A program made the translations under genes and the position numbers. A stretch of DNA of 36,601 nucleotides from Folioceros fuciformis (taxonomy: Eukaryota). This document shows, piece after piece, positions 1 through 12,219 of the stretch (its first letter is position 1; every line of letters starts with the position of its first letter). The stretch covers positions 1 to 36,601 of the forward strand of contig JBNGIO010004149.1 of the NCBI GenBank assembly GCA_049999805.1. Direction: 5' to 3'. The notes beneath the pieces are model-generated. The model was not told the origin of the DNA, did not search any database, and saw nothing but the letters and a program-made list of their open reading frames with translations.

Positions 1-420
1 AAGACAATATAGTTATAGTATCTACACAAGTTTTTTATTTTAAGTAAGAGACCTATAAGACAATATAGTTATATTTAAGGATCCAAATAAAGGTACATGC
101 ATTGGTTTCATTGAAGAGTTTATCTTCTTTAAAATTGTATTGAATAAAAGTTTTAAAGCTTGAAATTGTAATGATCAACATCAATGGTAAATAGATAAAT
201 ATTTGTGTTTCTCAAATTAAAATGATGATGATGATGATACATAATTTAATTATTATATTTTTCTTAATTTAAAATATTTAATTTTTCTCAGATCATTGTA
301 TAAATTATATTCTACATTACTCCTTAATTTTTTTTAGATCATTGTATAAATTGTATTTTGCATTATGAAATACCAATAAGAACAAGGGCTTTGTTAGAAG
401 TTTTGTTGTTTTGCATTTAA

Positions 421-696
421 TCCAAACTTTTCGACGTAATAACTTTGATCACTGCAGTAATTTGTCAATGTATAGGTGTCGTTATGAGGTCTAAATTTTT
501 CAACATATCAACCTAGACTGTTGCAATAATATACCATCATATAGATGTTCTAATGAGGACCAAAGTTTTCAAAGATAATAACCTTCACCACTTAGTAGTA
601 TGCCACCAAATACGTGTCCCAATGGCATCCAAAATTTTCCACATAACAACCTTGAACGTTTCAGTAGTATGCCACCATACAAGAACGTCATCAATG
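421..696. repeat. Degenerate 69-bp tandem array, ~4 units
   Basis: A CCAAA.TTTTC-like marker at 421, 490, 559, 628; AGTAGTATGCCACCA in two units. Confidence 0.7.
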
Positions 697-970
697 TTCG
701 CGTGATGTCTAGCCAGAGCAGTTGTCTGTATCAACTGACTAACCTTCAATCATCCAACACACATTACTGCATATGTCGGTGTCCTCACGAAAGCCTCGCA
801 AGTGTTGATTCTCATCCCGGTGGTGTCCTCCACAAACAGAGTTAGTAGTGCTTGTCCCCGCCCTCACAGCTTTGTCCGTGGCTCAAGTCCCCTCTCCTAC
901 TCCTAGCTTGCCCAGGCCAGGCTAGTGCTACGATCCAAGCTCAGCTGCATGATTCAGTCGAAGCGTCGAG

Positions 971-1113
971 GTCCAGGCACAGCTTCGCGATCCAGACACC
1001 ACGCCACGAGCCAGTCAGAGTGTCACAGTCCAAGCACAGCTTCGCGATCCAGGCACCACGCCACAAGCCAGACACAGTGTCACAATCCAAGCACCCCATC
1101 GAAATCCAAGCAC
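971..1113. repeat. 57-bp tandem repeat, ~2.5 copies
   Basis: GTCCA.GCACAGCTTCGCGATCCAG.CACCACGCCAC.AGCCAG...AGTGTCACA at 971 and 1028, partial at 1085. Confidence 0.9.
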
Positions 1114-1475
1114 GGTGTCGTGATCCTGGCACTGCAACGCGATCCCTGGCTCCTCAGTCCTAAAAGCGGCGACGGTGGCCTTGCGTGCACACATACATCG
1201 TCTCCCACACACGCGATCTACCCCTGCCGGCTCAACCTCACGACTAGATAGGTTCGGATTCACCAGGTGTCCTCCCCCTGTAGATCACAGATTGTACAGT
1301 CACCTCCTCAGCTTCATGAGCGAGCCTTCCACACAATCAGTTTGGTTCGAGTTCATGGACAGCCTAAGCTTGCGCTCACTGAGTCTCTCCCTCCTGGCTT
1401 TTGGCACTCACACACACGTCCATCCGTCGTTGTCCACCAGCCCACTTCTCCGCACCTCCATGCACCGGCGCCGCC

Positions 1476-1718
1476 CTGGTGCCCGCGACGGGACACACAG
1501 CTTGTTGGAATTCCTCTGGCGCTTGAGCTGAGTGCCTCAGCTCATTGTCCAGCATTGGCGCTACCCTGATGCCCGCGACGGGACACCATAGCTTGCTGGA
1601 ATTCCCCTGGCACTTGAGCTGAGTGCCTCAGCTCACCGTCCAGCGCTGTCATCCACCGATGTCATGCTGGTGCCCGCGACGGAGCACCATAGCACTTGTG
1701 AACTTGTGTGCTTGAGCT
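1476..1718. repeat. ~91-100-bp tandem repeat, ~2.5 copies, with internal hairpin
   Basis: TGCCCGCGACGG occurs three times; TGAGCTGAG-TGC-CTCAGCTCA at 1524-1544 and 1615-1635. Confidence 0.85.
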
Positions 1719-2975
1719 CTGGGGTTTGTAAGCCAGATCTCAATCCTGCAAGCACAGCGGCTGGGTTTGCGAGTCGTAGTAAGTTCCCCACCTAGCCCCG
1801 GCGTGGCACGCTCTGATTGCTAGTCACACATGCTCACACCGCAATGCAACCCATCAACGCTTTCACTCTGATTTTTGAGCAGTGGATTCACAAGCAATTC
1901 CTTGGCCAGCTACCTTAGCCGCAAGCTTAGGCTCAACGAGAGAACTTCTAACAACTGCGAGACTGAGCCTAGAAGTTCAGTTCTTATCTGTCACGCTGCG
2001 CCTGGCCGTTACCCCAAGTCCTCTTCTCCATCATCGCCATGCCGCCCACGCTCGAAACCTCTCCACCATTTCGCACAATGATGGTTCTGAACCCTTAACG
2101 GGTCACACGTTCCCTACCTAGCTATCCCTATCTACCTAATCATATAATTAGACTAATTACATATGATTAGCCTAATTATATCTATTTGATTAATTAGATA
2201 CCCTAATTAATCAACATAGCTTGATACCTCTAAGGCCGAAGGATTTCAGCCCGATCCATGGTTTTTGGATAGAGTCCTCCATTCAGATGGTTGCAATCTA
2301 TAGCACAAAGCATTGGAGAGGTTTTCCTACACTTGATCCTTATGAATAGGACCAATCCAAGTGACTTTAGAATCCCCCATCATTGCATCTACATGCCCAC
2401 ATCTAGCCCAAGAGCGAACTTCTTCGAATATGGCTTTTCTAAAGATGATCTTGTCCTCGGGGTGTTTAGGAGCTTCCTGCCACTTCATAAGGAGTAGATA
2501 TTTGAAACAGCGTCCCACCCCAAATCGGTGCCCCTAGCCTGAAACAATAATTTAAAGTGTCATTTCGATGGGGGTGGGGTACTTAACCCCCAAAACCTAG
2601 CCAATTTGGCATCGGTTCTAAACCGCTTCTTTCGTGCACCATTTCACACTTGTTGTTTTGTCCTTCAGCAAATTCCAATCTCTCACCAAGGTTTTCATCA
2701 ACTTCTACTCATTGTCATCCAAGCACCAAAACAAAAACCTTGTTTGGGCTCCAAGCTAGAGAAATTCTCCATATGAATTCTACCCTAATCCACCATTGAA
2801 AATTGAGCTAAGTTTGCCATCATTGGCGAATCCTCCCATTTCAATTCCTTTGAATGATGCTTCGGTTCTGTGGGATCAAGTAGAGGAGACAACACGATTC
2901 TTGGTAGATTTGAGTACTCGATTTCGCACACTAGAAAAATTCCATGTAATCCCTGTCTTAAAACACAGGCACGGC

Positions 2976-3075
2976 NNNNNNNNNNNNNNNNNNNNNNNNN
3001 NNNNNNNNNNNNNNNNNNNNNNNNNNNNNNNNNNNNNNNNNNNNNNNNNNNNNNNNNNNNNNNNNNNNNNNNNNN
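2976..3075. other. Assembly gap (100 N)
   Basis: Run of 100 N; the round number suggests a placeholder of unknown size. Confidence 0.99.
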
Positions 3076-3613
3076 TTTGTCAATTTGATAGGTTCTGGAA
3101 ACATTGCTCACAGACGCCATGATACTTTGTAGTAGAAAAACCAACAAAGCAAATTGGAGTATAAGAACACTGATTTGAGGTTTCAAGAACCGTGCCAAAG
3201 TTTTAAAATAAGTTCTATAAAGAACCTCTATAAGAGTCTAAAAGAAGGAAGTTCTATAAAGAACCGCCATAGAACTTGTAAAAGTTCAAGAAAGGTCATT
3301 GCCGATTATGCAGCGGAGTGCACATATCGACCAGCAGTCTCTTAGATTCAAGAACATTACAAAGAACATTCTGTGAAATTAGACGTAGAAAATATTTTGT
3401 GGTTTCTACATGCAAGACCACCGCATCTAACTGCCTCTGTGATTGTGACATTGCCTCTGTGATTGTGACATTGGTCATGATGGACAAGAATCCCAGAAAA
3501 GAGAGGAGACAGGGTCTAAAAATTCTGCTGTCTACGCTCCCACAGTATGGACAGGTTTTGCCAATGTCATTAGAGACCTTGGCAGAATTGCATTGGAGCA
3601 TTGCTCTAGCCAT

Positions 3614-3625
3614 GCTCTGATACCA
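3614..3625 (-). promoter_or_regulatory. Primer binding site (tRNA-iMet)
   Basis: TGGTATCAGAGC immediately follows the LTR's terminal CA. Confidence 0.9.
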
Positions 3626-3816
3626 TGTCTTAAAACACAGGCACGGCACTGGCGACCGTCTATGCACGGGAAAACAAGGATCACATGATCGGATCGAAAG
3701 AGTATGTTTTCATTGGATCGGGAGAGGGTATGTAAGAAGTGGCGCAGCACAGACGGTCACATCGGTTCGCACGTGAACGTCGCCAGTTAGTGTTATTCTA
3801 AACGGGCATTGTAACA
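3626..3816 (-). repeat. 5' LTR (191 bp)
   Basis: On the minus strand reads TGTTAC...AAGACA, bounded by the TSD and the PBS. Confidence 0.85.
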
Positions 3817-4090
3817 ATCCCATGTGATGTAATTTGTGTGTGGAGTGCAAGTTTTACAGAGTGGGATAACATTGCCGCCAATCTTTAAAGAATATCGTGG
3901 TTTACAATTCTAACTCGTGCTCTCGGCGTCTTGTCATAACAATTCATCGGCTCACGTGTTCGGTTTGAGTACTCTTGCGATGGCGGGCATGTTCGGTTCT
4001 CCTTTATCACCCTCAAAGCCTTTGTCTCCACCTCCGCCACCACCAATTTTTCCATTGCCACATGCCACTTCATTGCCGTACTTCAATATC

Positions 4091-5584
4091 ATGAACGTCA
4101 ACACTAACTTCGAGGAGAAGGACAGATTTAACAACACCAAATTTGAGGTGTGGTCCAAGCACATGAAAATAGCACTAAATATACAAGATTTCTCCCCATC
4201 ATGGAAGGTACCCTCCCTTAGCTATCTGGTCCCCAACCAACAATTGAGCTTGGGTTCAGCAAGATAGACAGGCCATGTAGATGCTTGTGTGTGGTCTTGA
4301 CGAGGTGACCTTACACCACACAAATGGTGTGTCCACTTCTGCTGAAGCATGGAAGCAAATAATCGACATTTATCAATCTACCAAAGTTATGATGTTGGTT
4401 ACGGTACGATTGGAATTTTGTTCTTTGCGTATGGGACCTAATGATAGTGTTGCTCATCCTATAAGCAAGTTTCGGTATTTGTAAGCAAAGCTTGTTGTTG
4501 TGGGGACGACCGTCACTAAATTTGAAGCTTTTGTTCAGTTACTCACTAGCCTTTCGACTAGCTATCAGACCTTTGTTTCCTCTCAAAACGAGACAGTGGG
4601 GAATGCTCACCAAGCTGTGAAGTCAGGCTAGGTGCCAAACATTACCATGTTCGAGATTGCTTGAGCTCTCCTTCAAGAGGACTATGCCAAGTTCAATGTC
4701 GAGACTTCAAAACATGGACAAGAATGGGCTTGTTCGTTGCCAAAGGACGTCAACAACAACACAAGCCTTCCAATAAACATAACTGCCAAAACCTTTCCCA
4801 AGGTTTCGACAAGCTTGCTTCCTTAGCAGCTTTCTCATCCAAGTTGTCAAAGCACCAAGGAATGTGCGACTAGTGTCAGATACGAAGTCATTGGGAACGT
4901 GACTGTCAAATGAAGCAAGCTGGTGAGGCCAAGCGAGAACCTCACACGGCAAATACCATGGTTGTTTAGTCTAAGGCCAAGACCCCTTTTCACTATGGTG
5001 GAGAGGTTTGTGAATAATGAAAGCTTTGTGAAGATATGGGTATGAAGCAAGAAGGACCAGCTATCTTGCATTGTGACAATATGTTAGCAATTGCTTTGGT
5101 TGCTAGCCTTGTCTTTCATGCATGCACCAAGTATATAGAAATTCAACATCATTATACAAAGAATGTTGCTAAGAAGGCTATTGTCAAGGTTCAATATGTG
5201 CCCACTCATGACAACATAACAAATGTGCTGACAAAATCCTTGTTGAAGTTCAATTATTGTTTGCATAGGGAAGGGCTTGGATTGGTGGATTGTAGTAGTT
5301 CAATGATACTAGAAAAATCACTTATTTGGTAGTGCCTCCATGGCATATGTTTCGTCACTTAGGTTGATGTTTCAAAGTAGATAGCATGCTTCTCCTCTAG
5401 TCACAAAAGTGGTGTTCTTCTATGTGATACACTATAAACTACAAGCTCAACGTAAGGAAGGACGACCGACTCTAGGTGATAATCGATTTGAAGGTGTTTG
5501 AAGCTTGGCTTCAACAGCGGTGATCTCCATTTGTCCTTAGGACCTTTTAGTTCAATGCAACCAGCGCATGTTTAAGAGGGAGAA
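4091..5584 (+). mobile_element. Degenerate, internally deleted Ty1/copia relic (gag, zinc knuckle, RNase H, PPT)
   Basis: Gag-like EKDRFNNTKFEVW and TSAEAWKQIIDIY. CX2CX4HX4C knuckle CD*CQIRSHWERDC at 4865-4906. Copia RNase H HCDN..AIAL....FHACTKYIEIQHH...LTKSL at 5036-5332. Purine tract at 5574-5584. Several stops and frameshifts. Confidence 0.85.
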
Positions 5585-7100
5585 TTAGAAAAAGAAGTAG
5601 ACCATGTGGTTTTGTATCACATTGGTTAGTCTAACTAGACCTAGGAATAAATGTAGTTAGTTAACTAATAGGCGACACACCCTTCGTTAAACCACTATTT
5701 AAGGGCTTCCAATGTACCCACCCATTGAGTTGTTAATAGATCATCTTTAATGCATCTAGATGCTTCCGCATTAGCAATTCTAACTCACCCCTATCTCCAT
5801 GATCTCCTGTTTATCGCCAGACCCTGCCTCTGCGCTCTATTGTCGATTGCCACACCCTTGGCCACATTTGGTACTAGGTGAAGAGCAAATGAGAAAGTCC
5901 CCTCCGTGCTTTCGTCACCATAGTCCACCTTCACACCTCAATGGCATTTCCCTCCATAAAAGCATCGTCATCAAATACTTAAAGAACATAGCACTTGCTT
6001 AAGGGAAAGCCCCCTTATATTTATTCCTCATCTCATGAGGGCAAGCCAAAGGTATACAGGGATTTAACTCAAACCACACATGTCCCAAAGCCATTGAGAA
6101 GACCCGACATTGTTGTAGAGAGCGAAGGAGGTGAAGTCAAGATATGTGCTTTGTATGTAGAAAAGACGCAACATGGCTGATCTCATAGGCCAAGAAAGGT
6201 AGGAGATTGCCAACTTTGTTGCAAACGACTGCTTGCTCATGAGCCTTTCTATACGAATTGTAAGTGGTGATGATTGAGAGCTAGGAGAAATTTGTGGAGG
6301 CACAACAAAGGGGTAGTGGAGCTTTGCAAGACTAGTTGCCATCCACCCTCTCATTGATTGAGAATTTTTGATTGATTAATATATAATAGTTGAAAGAAGC
6401 CTATTTGGCCTAACACAACAAGCTCATGGACAATATGAACTGCAAACATGAATACTATGATATCCCCTCAAGACCAAAGTGAAAACCAATTTTATTGCTG
6501 TTGTGCAAGGGGCATTGCCCTTACCAATCTTTGACTCAATAGGCCTATTGTTGTTGTAGGATCTTGCACATCTTGTCAACTACGAAGGAGGATTGATTGG
6601 CATCCACTTGTTTAGAAGAGTAAGTGACCCATTGAACATCCCCTATCCATAGGGGACAAACAAATGTTCACAAAAAACACCTCTATTATCTAGACACTAT
6701 TATGAGGAACCTATGGCATTTGGTGCCCAATTGTGTTGTAGTAAAATCTCATCCATAAGAATCGAAACGTCATTGAAGTGACCTCATAACATTGTAGTCT
6801 TCTGTATCTACTTAGCTGATGGGAAGAGCTTTAAAGAGATGATTAAAACAAGTGTCATGAGTCTCTAGGGCATGATGACCAAAGCAATTGCCCATAGTCT
6901 CAAAGGCCTTGAGACCAAAACAACTCCTCAATGTCTACAAATTTATTGGCTAAGCTATGAAGGTAGGGAGGAGGAGGCTAGACCTCTCCTCTTCTCGCAT
7001 GTCATCTCCCTACGATGCATGTGTTTGCTGGGTTTTCCTAGTGTTTGTCTGTTAACTATCAAAAAAAGGTTGTGACTGCATCTATAGTAGGTGTATGCTT

Positions 7101-7351
7101 CTAGGGTGGGCCTAATCTCTGGAGTCTATGTGGTGACCTAGACTTTAGGAATAGGTCAGAGCTTCCCAAGTATATTTGCATAGAAAGTATATATTAGAAA
7201 AAAAAGATGAGTATGGAACAAGAAATAGTCGATGTAGGCTCCTAGGGAAGGCCTAATCTCTGGAGTCTATGTGGTGACCTAGACTTTAGGAATATGTGAG
7301 AGCTTCTCAAGTATATTTGCATAGAAAGTATATATTAGAAAGAAAAGATGA
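7101..7351. repeat. Direct duplication of ~110 bp (period 141)
   Basis: GGCCTAATCTCTGGAGTCTATGTGGTGACCTAGACTTTAGGAATA...TATATTAGAAA in 7101-7210 and 7242-7351. Confidence 0.92.
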
Positions 7352-8774
7352 TACACATCGGTATTCCATAGTGCATGACATGAGAGTAATAGTGGCTTTG
7401 TGAAGGTAAAACTTTATGTATGTGGAAACATGTCCAACATGTTAACATGTTGGAATAAACTTAGATAAATTATAGAGTTTGAACTTAAAAATAAAGGAGT
7501 CTGTTTTTTTGTTGTAACTACTATAGTCTAATGAACATTTTAAAATGTCTTGCAATCTTTACACAAGTTTGTAAGATAAAAACTTAAAATATAATTGAAT
7601 AAGAAATAGAATAGTTTATCACGTAATCTACATACATTTTATGTGCTAGCTTAAAAGACTTGTCTAGGTCTAAAAAAGAAGGTCAATGAACTGGAATAGG
7701 TTAGACAAGTGGATAACTTCTCTAAGTTCCTGTTCTAATAATCAAACATTCTCTCGCATCCTTCCTTGTCCCAACACTAGAAGGAAGGGCCCAATGAAAG
7801 ATTTATATGAGAAAAGATAGCTTTTAAAATCCACAATATCATAACAGCTAAGAAACCACTCCGCGCCTCTAAGATTGGGTGAATGTAGAACTTTCCAAGT
7901 CCACATGAGTTTATTTCATCATATATAGACTAGTAGTGCAAGGTAATAAAGAGAACATTGTATGGGTGATAAAAAAAGAAAAGACAAGAACCTACTGTAG
8001 CTTGGGCTGGTGAGAAAATAGTATTGAATTGACCTGCGAGTGTTGAGTGAGAAGCGGGCTAGTGAGTCTGTTTTCGGGAGTTCCACAGTTTGGATTCAGA
8101 AGCTGCTGTCGTTGGCGTTTACTTGACCAGCAGTTCTTCCCCGTCGTTGTTCTCCAGTTGCGTAAGCCATGATACCCGGCGGTAGCGGAGACCAATCCCT
8201 GGCGCCTGTGGCTGTTACTGCTCCTGCTGCTGGCCCACAGTCACTTCCATGTTCAGGAGAACAGCGTCTCCATCTTCCCTCGCTGCAACCACGTGCTTGC
8301 AACATGGTTAGGTCCGTGACAACCCCTCATTGGCCTCTCCCTCCCCGCTCCTCTCCTGTCCTGTCGTTCTCCGGAAACAAACGCCAAGTTCGGGTTCGGC
8401 GATGTTCGCGCCGTTTCCTCAAATTTCGAGCCCGCTCTTCCCCGGGCCCCCGTCAACGCCACAAATTCTCGTCCAGGTTTCACTCATAGGTCACATTCCC
8501 CCGCCTCGAATGGAGCATCGCGTACCGTACTGGATGATTTATTTTCATTCCCTCGCTGCGTCGTTACCGCTGTCCCAGCGAATCGAACCCCAGACCTGCT
8601 TCTCCGGCGCCTCCGCCTTAACCGCTCGGCTAAAATGAAGGGCTGCCTTTTGGGCCTGATAATCGGCCTTGTCCTGTACGTAGAGTAAACATCTGCATTG
8701 GTAGCGGGGGTGTCAGAGCTCCGATGAAAGTGCGCTACAAATCTGGCCTAATTCCTTGAGGATGGAATCCGTGT

Positions 8775-8794
8775 GATTGATTGATTGATTGATT
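8775..8794. repeat. (GATT)5 microsatellite
   Basis: Read directly from the sequence. Confidence 0.95.
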
Positions 8795-9659
8795 GCACGG
8801 CTTAGCAGGGGTCCCGCTTCGTCCTCATCCCCCCGTACAGGATGTGTACAATGTCGGTCTGCAAGACTAGATGGAATTGGTTAGAGAGTTTGAATCCACC
8901 GAGAAGGAAGGAACGGGAGGAGGAGGAGGAAGGGGAAAGGATGAGGACTCACAGACAGCGTAGATGAATGGGAATTTATGAGACGGTGGAACTCTTGTTG
9001 TTGGGTTGCACGATTGAACACATATGCTTAGCAGAGATTGTGCATTTGTATGTTTTACAAGGAACGCGGATTGGAAGAAGAATTGGCAAGAAGGTTTGAT
9101 GGACGGAGGGAGGGAGGGAGGGATAGAGCTCATGCGTGAATCGTGAAGTTGGCTGGGATCGGAAATGACCCAGGGTGTACCCGGCACGTCGCACGCCGGA
9201 GAGGTGAAGTATGGACATGTGTAAGAAAGTGCGGTTTACGGAGGGACCGTTGGTGGCAGTTGGGGAGGTCAAAAGCAAGATGGCATGATGGGCCGGGGTC
9301 GGGCGACCAGGGGGCAGCGGTCGCGGGAGTCGAGGCAGGCGGAGGACCGGGCGGTGTGCGGCGCATGGGACGACGGGGTAACAGAACAGGAGCGAAACAG
9401 CCTTGGGTGCGACTGTATGGTTAGCGGTTACGAGTCACCGCACCGACTAACAAGCCTGGTGTTTTGCTGTTTCGGGAAGGGTGGGTCGTGGGAGCGAGTG
9501 CCCGGGACTGCACAGCAGGCGAACAAGGCGGCGTCGGGCTCGATCGGCCCCCGGCGCGATCGCGGCGCCACCGTCCTTGCGCCGTGCTGACAGAGAGGCT
9601 GGGGCATTCCTCTGACTCGGAGCGACGCCTGCGGGACCCGCTCAATGCCGTCGCCTCGC

Positions 9660-9665
9660 TATATA
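9660..9665 (+). promoter_or_regulatory. Candidate TATA box of EXPA gene 1
   Basis: TATATA in GC-rich context, followed by a pyrimidine-rich leader and a 5'UTR intron. Confidence 0.55.
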
Positions 9666-9777
9666 GCCTCGCTGCCCCCGCTTGCTAGGACATCGCACAT
9701 CGTCCGTCGCCATCTCTTACACCTGCTGCTCGCTCGCCCGCACTGCCTGCCTCGGACAGCTCGAGCTGAGCTTCCAG

Positions 9778-9951
9778 GTATGTGGTGGCCTGGATCTGGT
9801 TGCGCCGGTTTGGTGTTTGTCTCGCGCTAGGATTTGCTTTGGTGTTGTTTGAGGTGGTGGTGCGGGGTCGGATCTGGCGTTCTGTCGTGGAGGGGCAGGG
9901 TTGGGGAGCTAGGATACATGGCTGAGGTGGGCAATTGATGCAGGTTTGCAG
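9778..9951 (+). other. Probable 5'UTR intron of EXPA gene 1
   Basis: CAG|GTATGT donor at 9778 and a G/T-rich body. TTTGCAG acceptor ends at 9951, 2 nt before the ATG; an alternative TGCAG ends at 9943. Confidence 0.6.
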
Positions 9952-9953
9952 GA

Positions 9954-11285
9954 ATGGCGTCCATCAGATGGCAGGTGCTGCTGCTCGCGGTGATGATGTT
10001 CGTGGCTTACCAGGCGGTCGAGGTGGATGGCGTGCTGGAGAGGTACCAGAAGAAGAATCTGGATCCGAAGAAGCTGAAGAAGAAGGTTGAGCCGTTGAAG
10101 AAGAAGATCGAGTTGCATAAGAAGGATAGCGTGAAGGAGAAGGCTAAGAAGAAGAGTCACGAAGGGAAGAAGAGTCAGGAGGGGAAGAAGGCGAAGAAGG
10201 AGAAGAAGCCGGCTTCTTATGCTAAGAAGCCGTCTTTGCCGAAGAAGAAGAAGAAGCCGTCGCTGCCGTGGAAGAAGCCGTCTCTGCCGAAGAAGTTGCC
10301 CAAGGTCAAGAAGCCTAGCCTTCCCAAGAAGCTGCCGATTAAGAAGCCTAGGCTTCCGAAAGTTTCATACGGTGGAGGATCTGGAGCTGGCGGGCCGTGG
10401 AAGGCCGCTCATGCCACGTTTTATGGAGGAAACGATGCTTCGGGAACTAACGGTGAGCCTCTTCTTCCGTAAGCTAATTCTGGTTCGTTCCGGCTTCAGA
10501 TGTGCATCAGCTCCAGTGTTCGCTCGAGCAGGTGCGCGGGGAGACCTGATCTGAAAGGATTTTTGTTTTCGGGTGCAGGCGGTGCTTGCGGGTACGGTAA
10601 CATCTACAGCTTTGGCTACGGGATCGCCAATGCGGCCCTGAGCTATGCCCTTTTCAACAGCGGTGCACAATGCGGGGCCTGTTACCAGATCAAATGTTAC
10701 GGATCCAAGTGGTGCCTACCTGGAAACCCGTCCATTACCATCACAGCGACCAACTCTTGCCCTCCTAACTGGGCCCTACCCAGCGACAATGGTGGTTGGT
10801 GCAATCCTCCCAGGGAGCACTTTGACATGTCCGTTCCTGCTTGGACCTCGCTTGCAGTTTATGTTGGAGGAATTGTTCCAGTGAATTACAGAAGGTCAGT
10901 ACTGACTCTGATCCCCGTTTTCTACATTATCTGTGCGGCTGCTCGATAGTTTTCTCAATTCGTATGTCGTGTACCGCGCAGAGTGCCTTGCGTCCGTCAA
11001 GGCGGGATCCGATTTACCATCAGCGGTAACCCCAACTTTGATCTTGTCCTCGTTCACAACGTTGCTGGGGATGGTGTTGTGACGGCTCTGTCCATCAAGG
11101 GCAACGGCAACTGGGTGCCGATGAAGCGGAACTGGGGACAGAACTGGCAAGCCGGTGCAGTGCTGACGGGACAGCCACTTTCCTTCCTGGTTAGAACCAG
11201 TGACGGAAGATCGCTCGTTCTGTACAATGTGGCTCCTGCAAACTGGAGCTTCGGCTCGACCTACCAGTCTTCACAGAATTTTTAA
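9954..11285 (+). CDS. EXPA: Alpha-expansin (gene 1) with a long Lys-rich N-terminal extension; exons 9954-10452, 10579-10894, 10982-11285 (372 aa)
   Basis: Signal-peptide-like N-terminus. Motifs [64 protein letters not shown] introns sit at the usual EXPA positions (phase 1 and 2); the spliced length of 1119 nt is in frame. Confidence 0.96.
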
Positions 11286-12157
11286 GCTGACTGTGCATGG
11301 CGCTAGGAGTAGGCGCCAGCAGAGTCAGCAGGTTTGCAGATTGTGCAGGTTGTGCTATCCTTCATGGAGCCCATCAGCTATTTCTTTGGCAGTGCTGTGG
11401 TTTGGCATTCAGTCGCCCGCGGCCTTAGTTGCCCAGAAGTTGCGGGCCCGCTGCGGGCTCTATGCTCGGTTTCAAGGTGAGAGACCCATCTCCAGCTAAC
11501 GGCAATGGAGGTTTCACCCATCCAACTTGTAGTCTGAGTTTCCAACTGTTTCAGCTGCCACCTGCTCGGTGTCATTTCGACAGTTCAGGTTCTTTTGGTT
11601 TTATGTGAAGCAGGCCAGGAACAATAGGTTCCTTGAGCTGAGGCGGCATTCACGGGGAAAGACCGAACCCAGTGTTGCCCTAAAATGCCTCCTTTATGGA
11701 TCGTACTCTTGTAGAGAAGATTATTTATCATTGTGTGCCCACCTGATTAGTGTATCCATCGTGCATCTCAGCCCTCTGGATGTTACCAATTCTATTTCCC
11801 ATTCTAATAAACCGATTTTTTTTATTTTGTAACGAATATGCATTGATTGTGACTATGGCTGTACCAACTGGTCAATGAAAATTGGTTGTGCAAACTGTCC
11901 TTGCAATCGGTGTGTTGTCACTTCTGGCCTTGACTAACAAGAAAAATATACGTCAGATCTGAAACTGGTAGTAATAAATGCATTATGTCTTTTATTAAGT
12001 GAAAACCGATTGTTATTTAATAATAAATACCAAATCTCGCCATGGCGGTAGGTTTGACTATACATAATCAGAATGTGTTAATGCGAATCAGGTCTTAAAG
12101 TCGATCATTATTATGGTGAAGTTGACGCAACGAGGATACGGCAAAGTGGTCCACTCT

Positions 12158-12219
12158 AGCGCCAATGGTGCTTGGTGCAATGCTGCCAGGGAGCACTTTG
12201 ACATGTCCGTTCCTGCTTG
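12158..12219 (+). pseudogene. Fragment of expansin exon 2 (copy of 10782-10843)
   Basis: 58/62 nt identical to gene 1, including a 34-nt exact match; encodes [20 protein letters not shown]. Confidence 0.85.

Larger units (their letters stand above)
2954..3816 (-). mobile_element. Ty1/copia LTR retrotransposon; most of the interior is hidden in the assembly gap
   Basis: TGTCTTAAAACACAGGCACGGC occurs identically at 2954 and 3626. 5' LTR 3626-3816 has TG..CA ends. PBS TGGTATCAGAGC (minus strand) at 3614-3625. 5-bp TSD ATCCC at 2949-2953 and 3817-3821. A gag-like start (MASVSNVSRTYQIDK) at 3120 runs into the gap. Confidence 0.88.

Noticed and set aside
1476-1718. Hairpin-containing repeats as a CRISPR or attC-like array
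   Set aside because: The sequences between hairpins are themselves homologous, so this is a tandem duplication with only 2-3 units.
5900-7100. Possible further retroelement coding remnant
   Set aside because: CpG-poor and TE-like, but I could not identify any diagnostic motif, so it is left unannotated.
8998-9014. Root-hair-element-like TG-N4-GCACG upstream of gene 1
   Set aside because: Imperfect match to a degenerate consensus; expected by chance.
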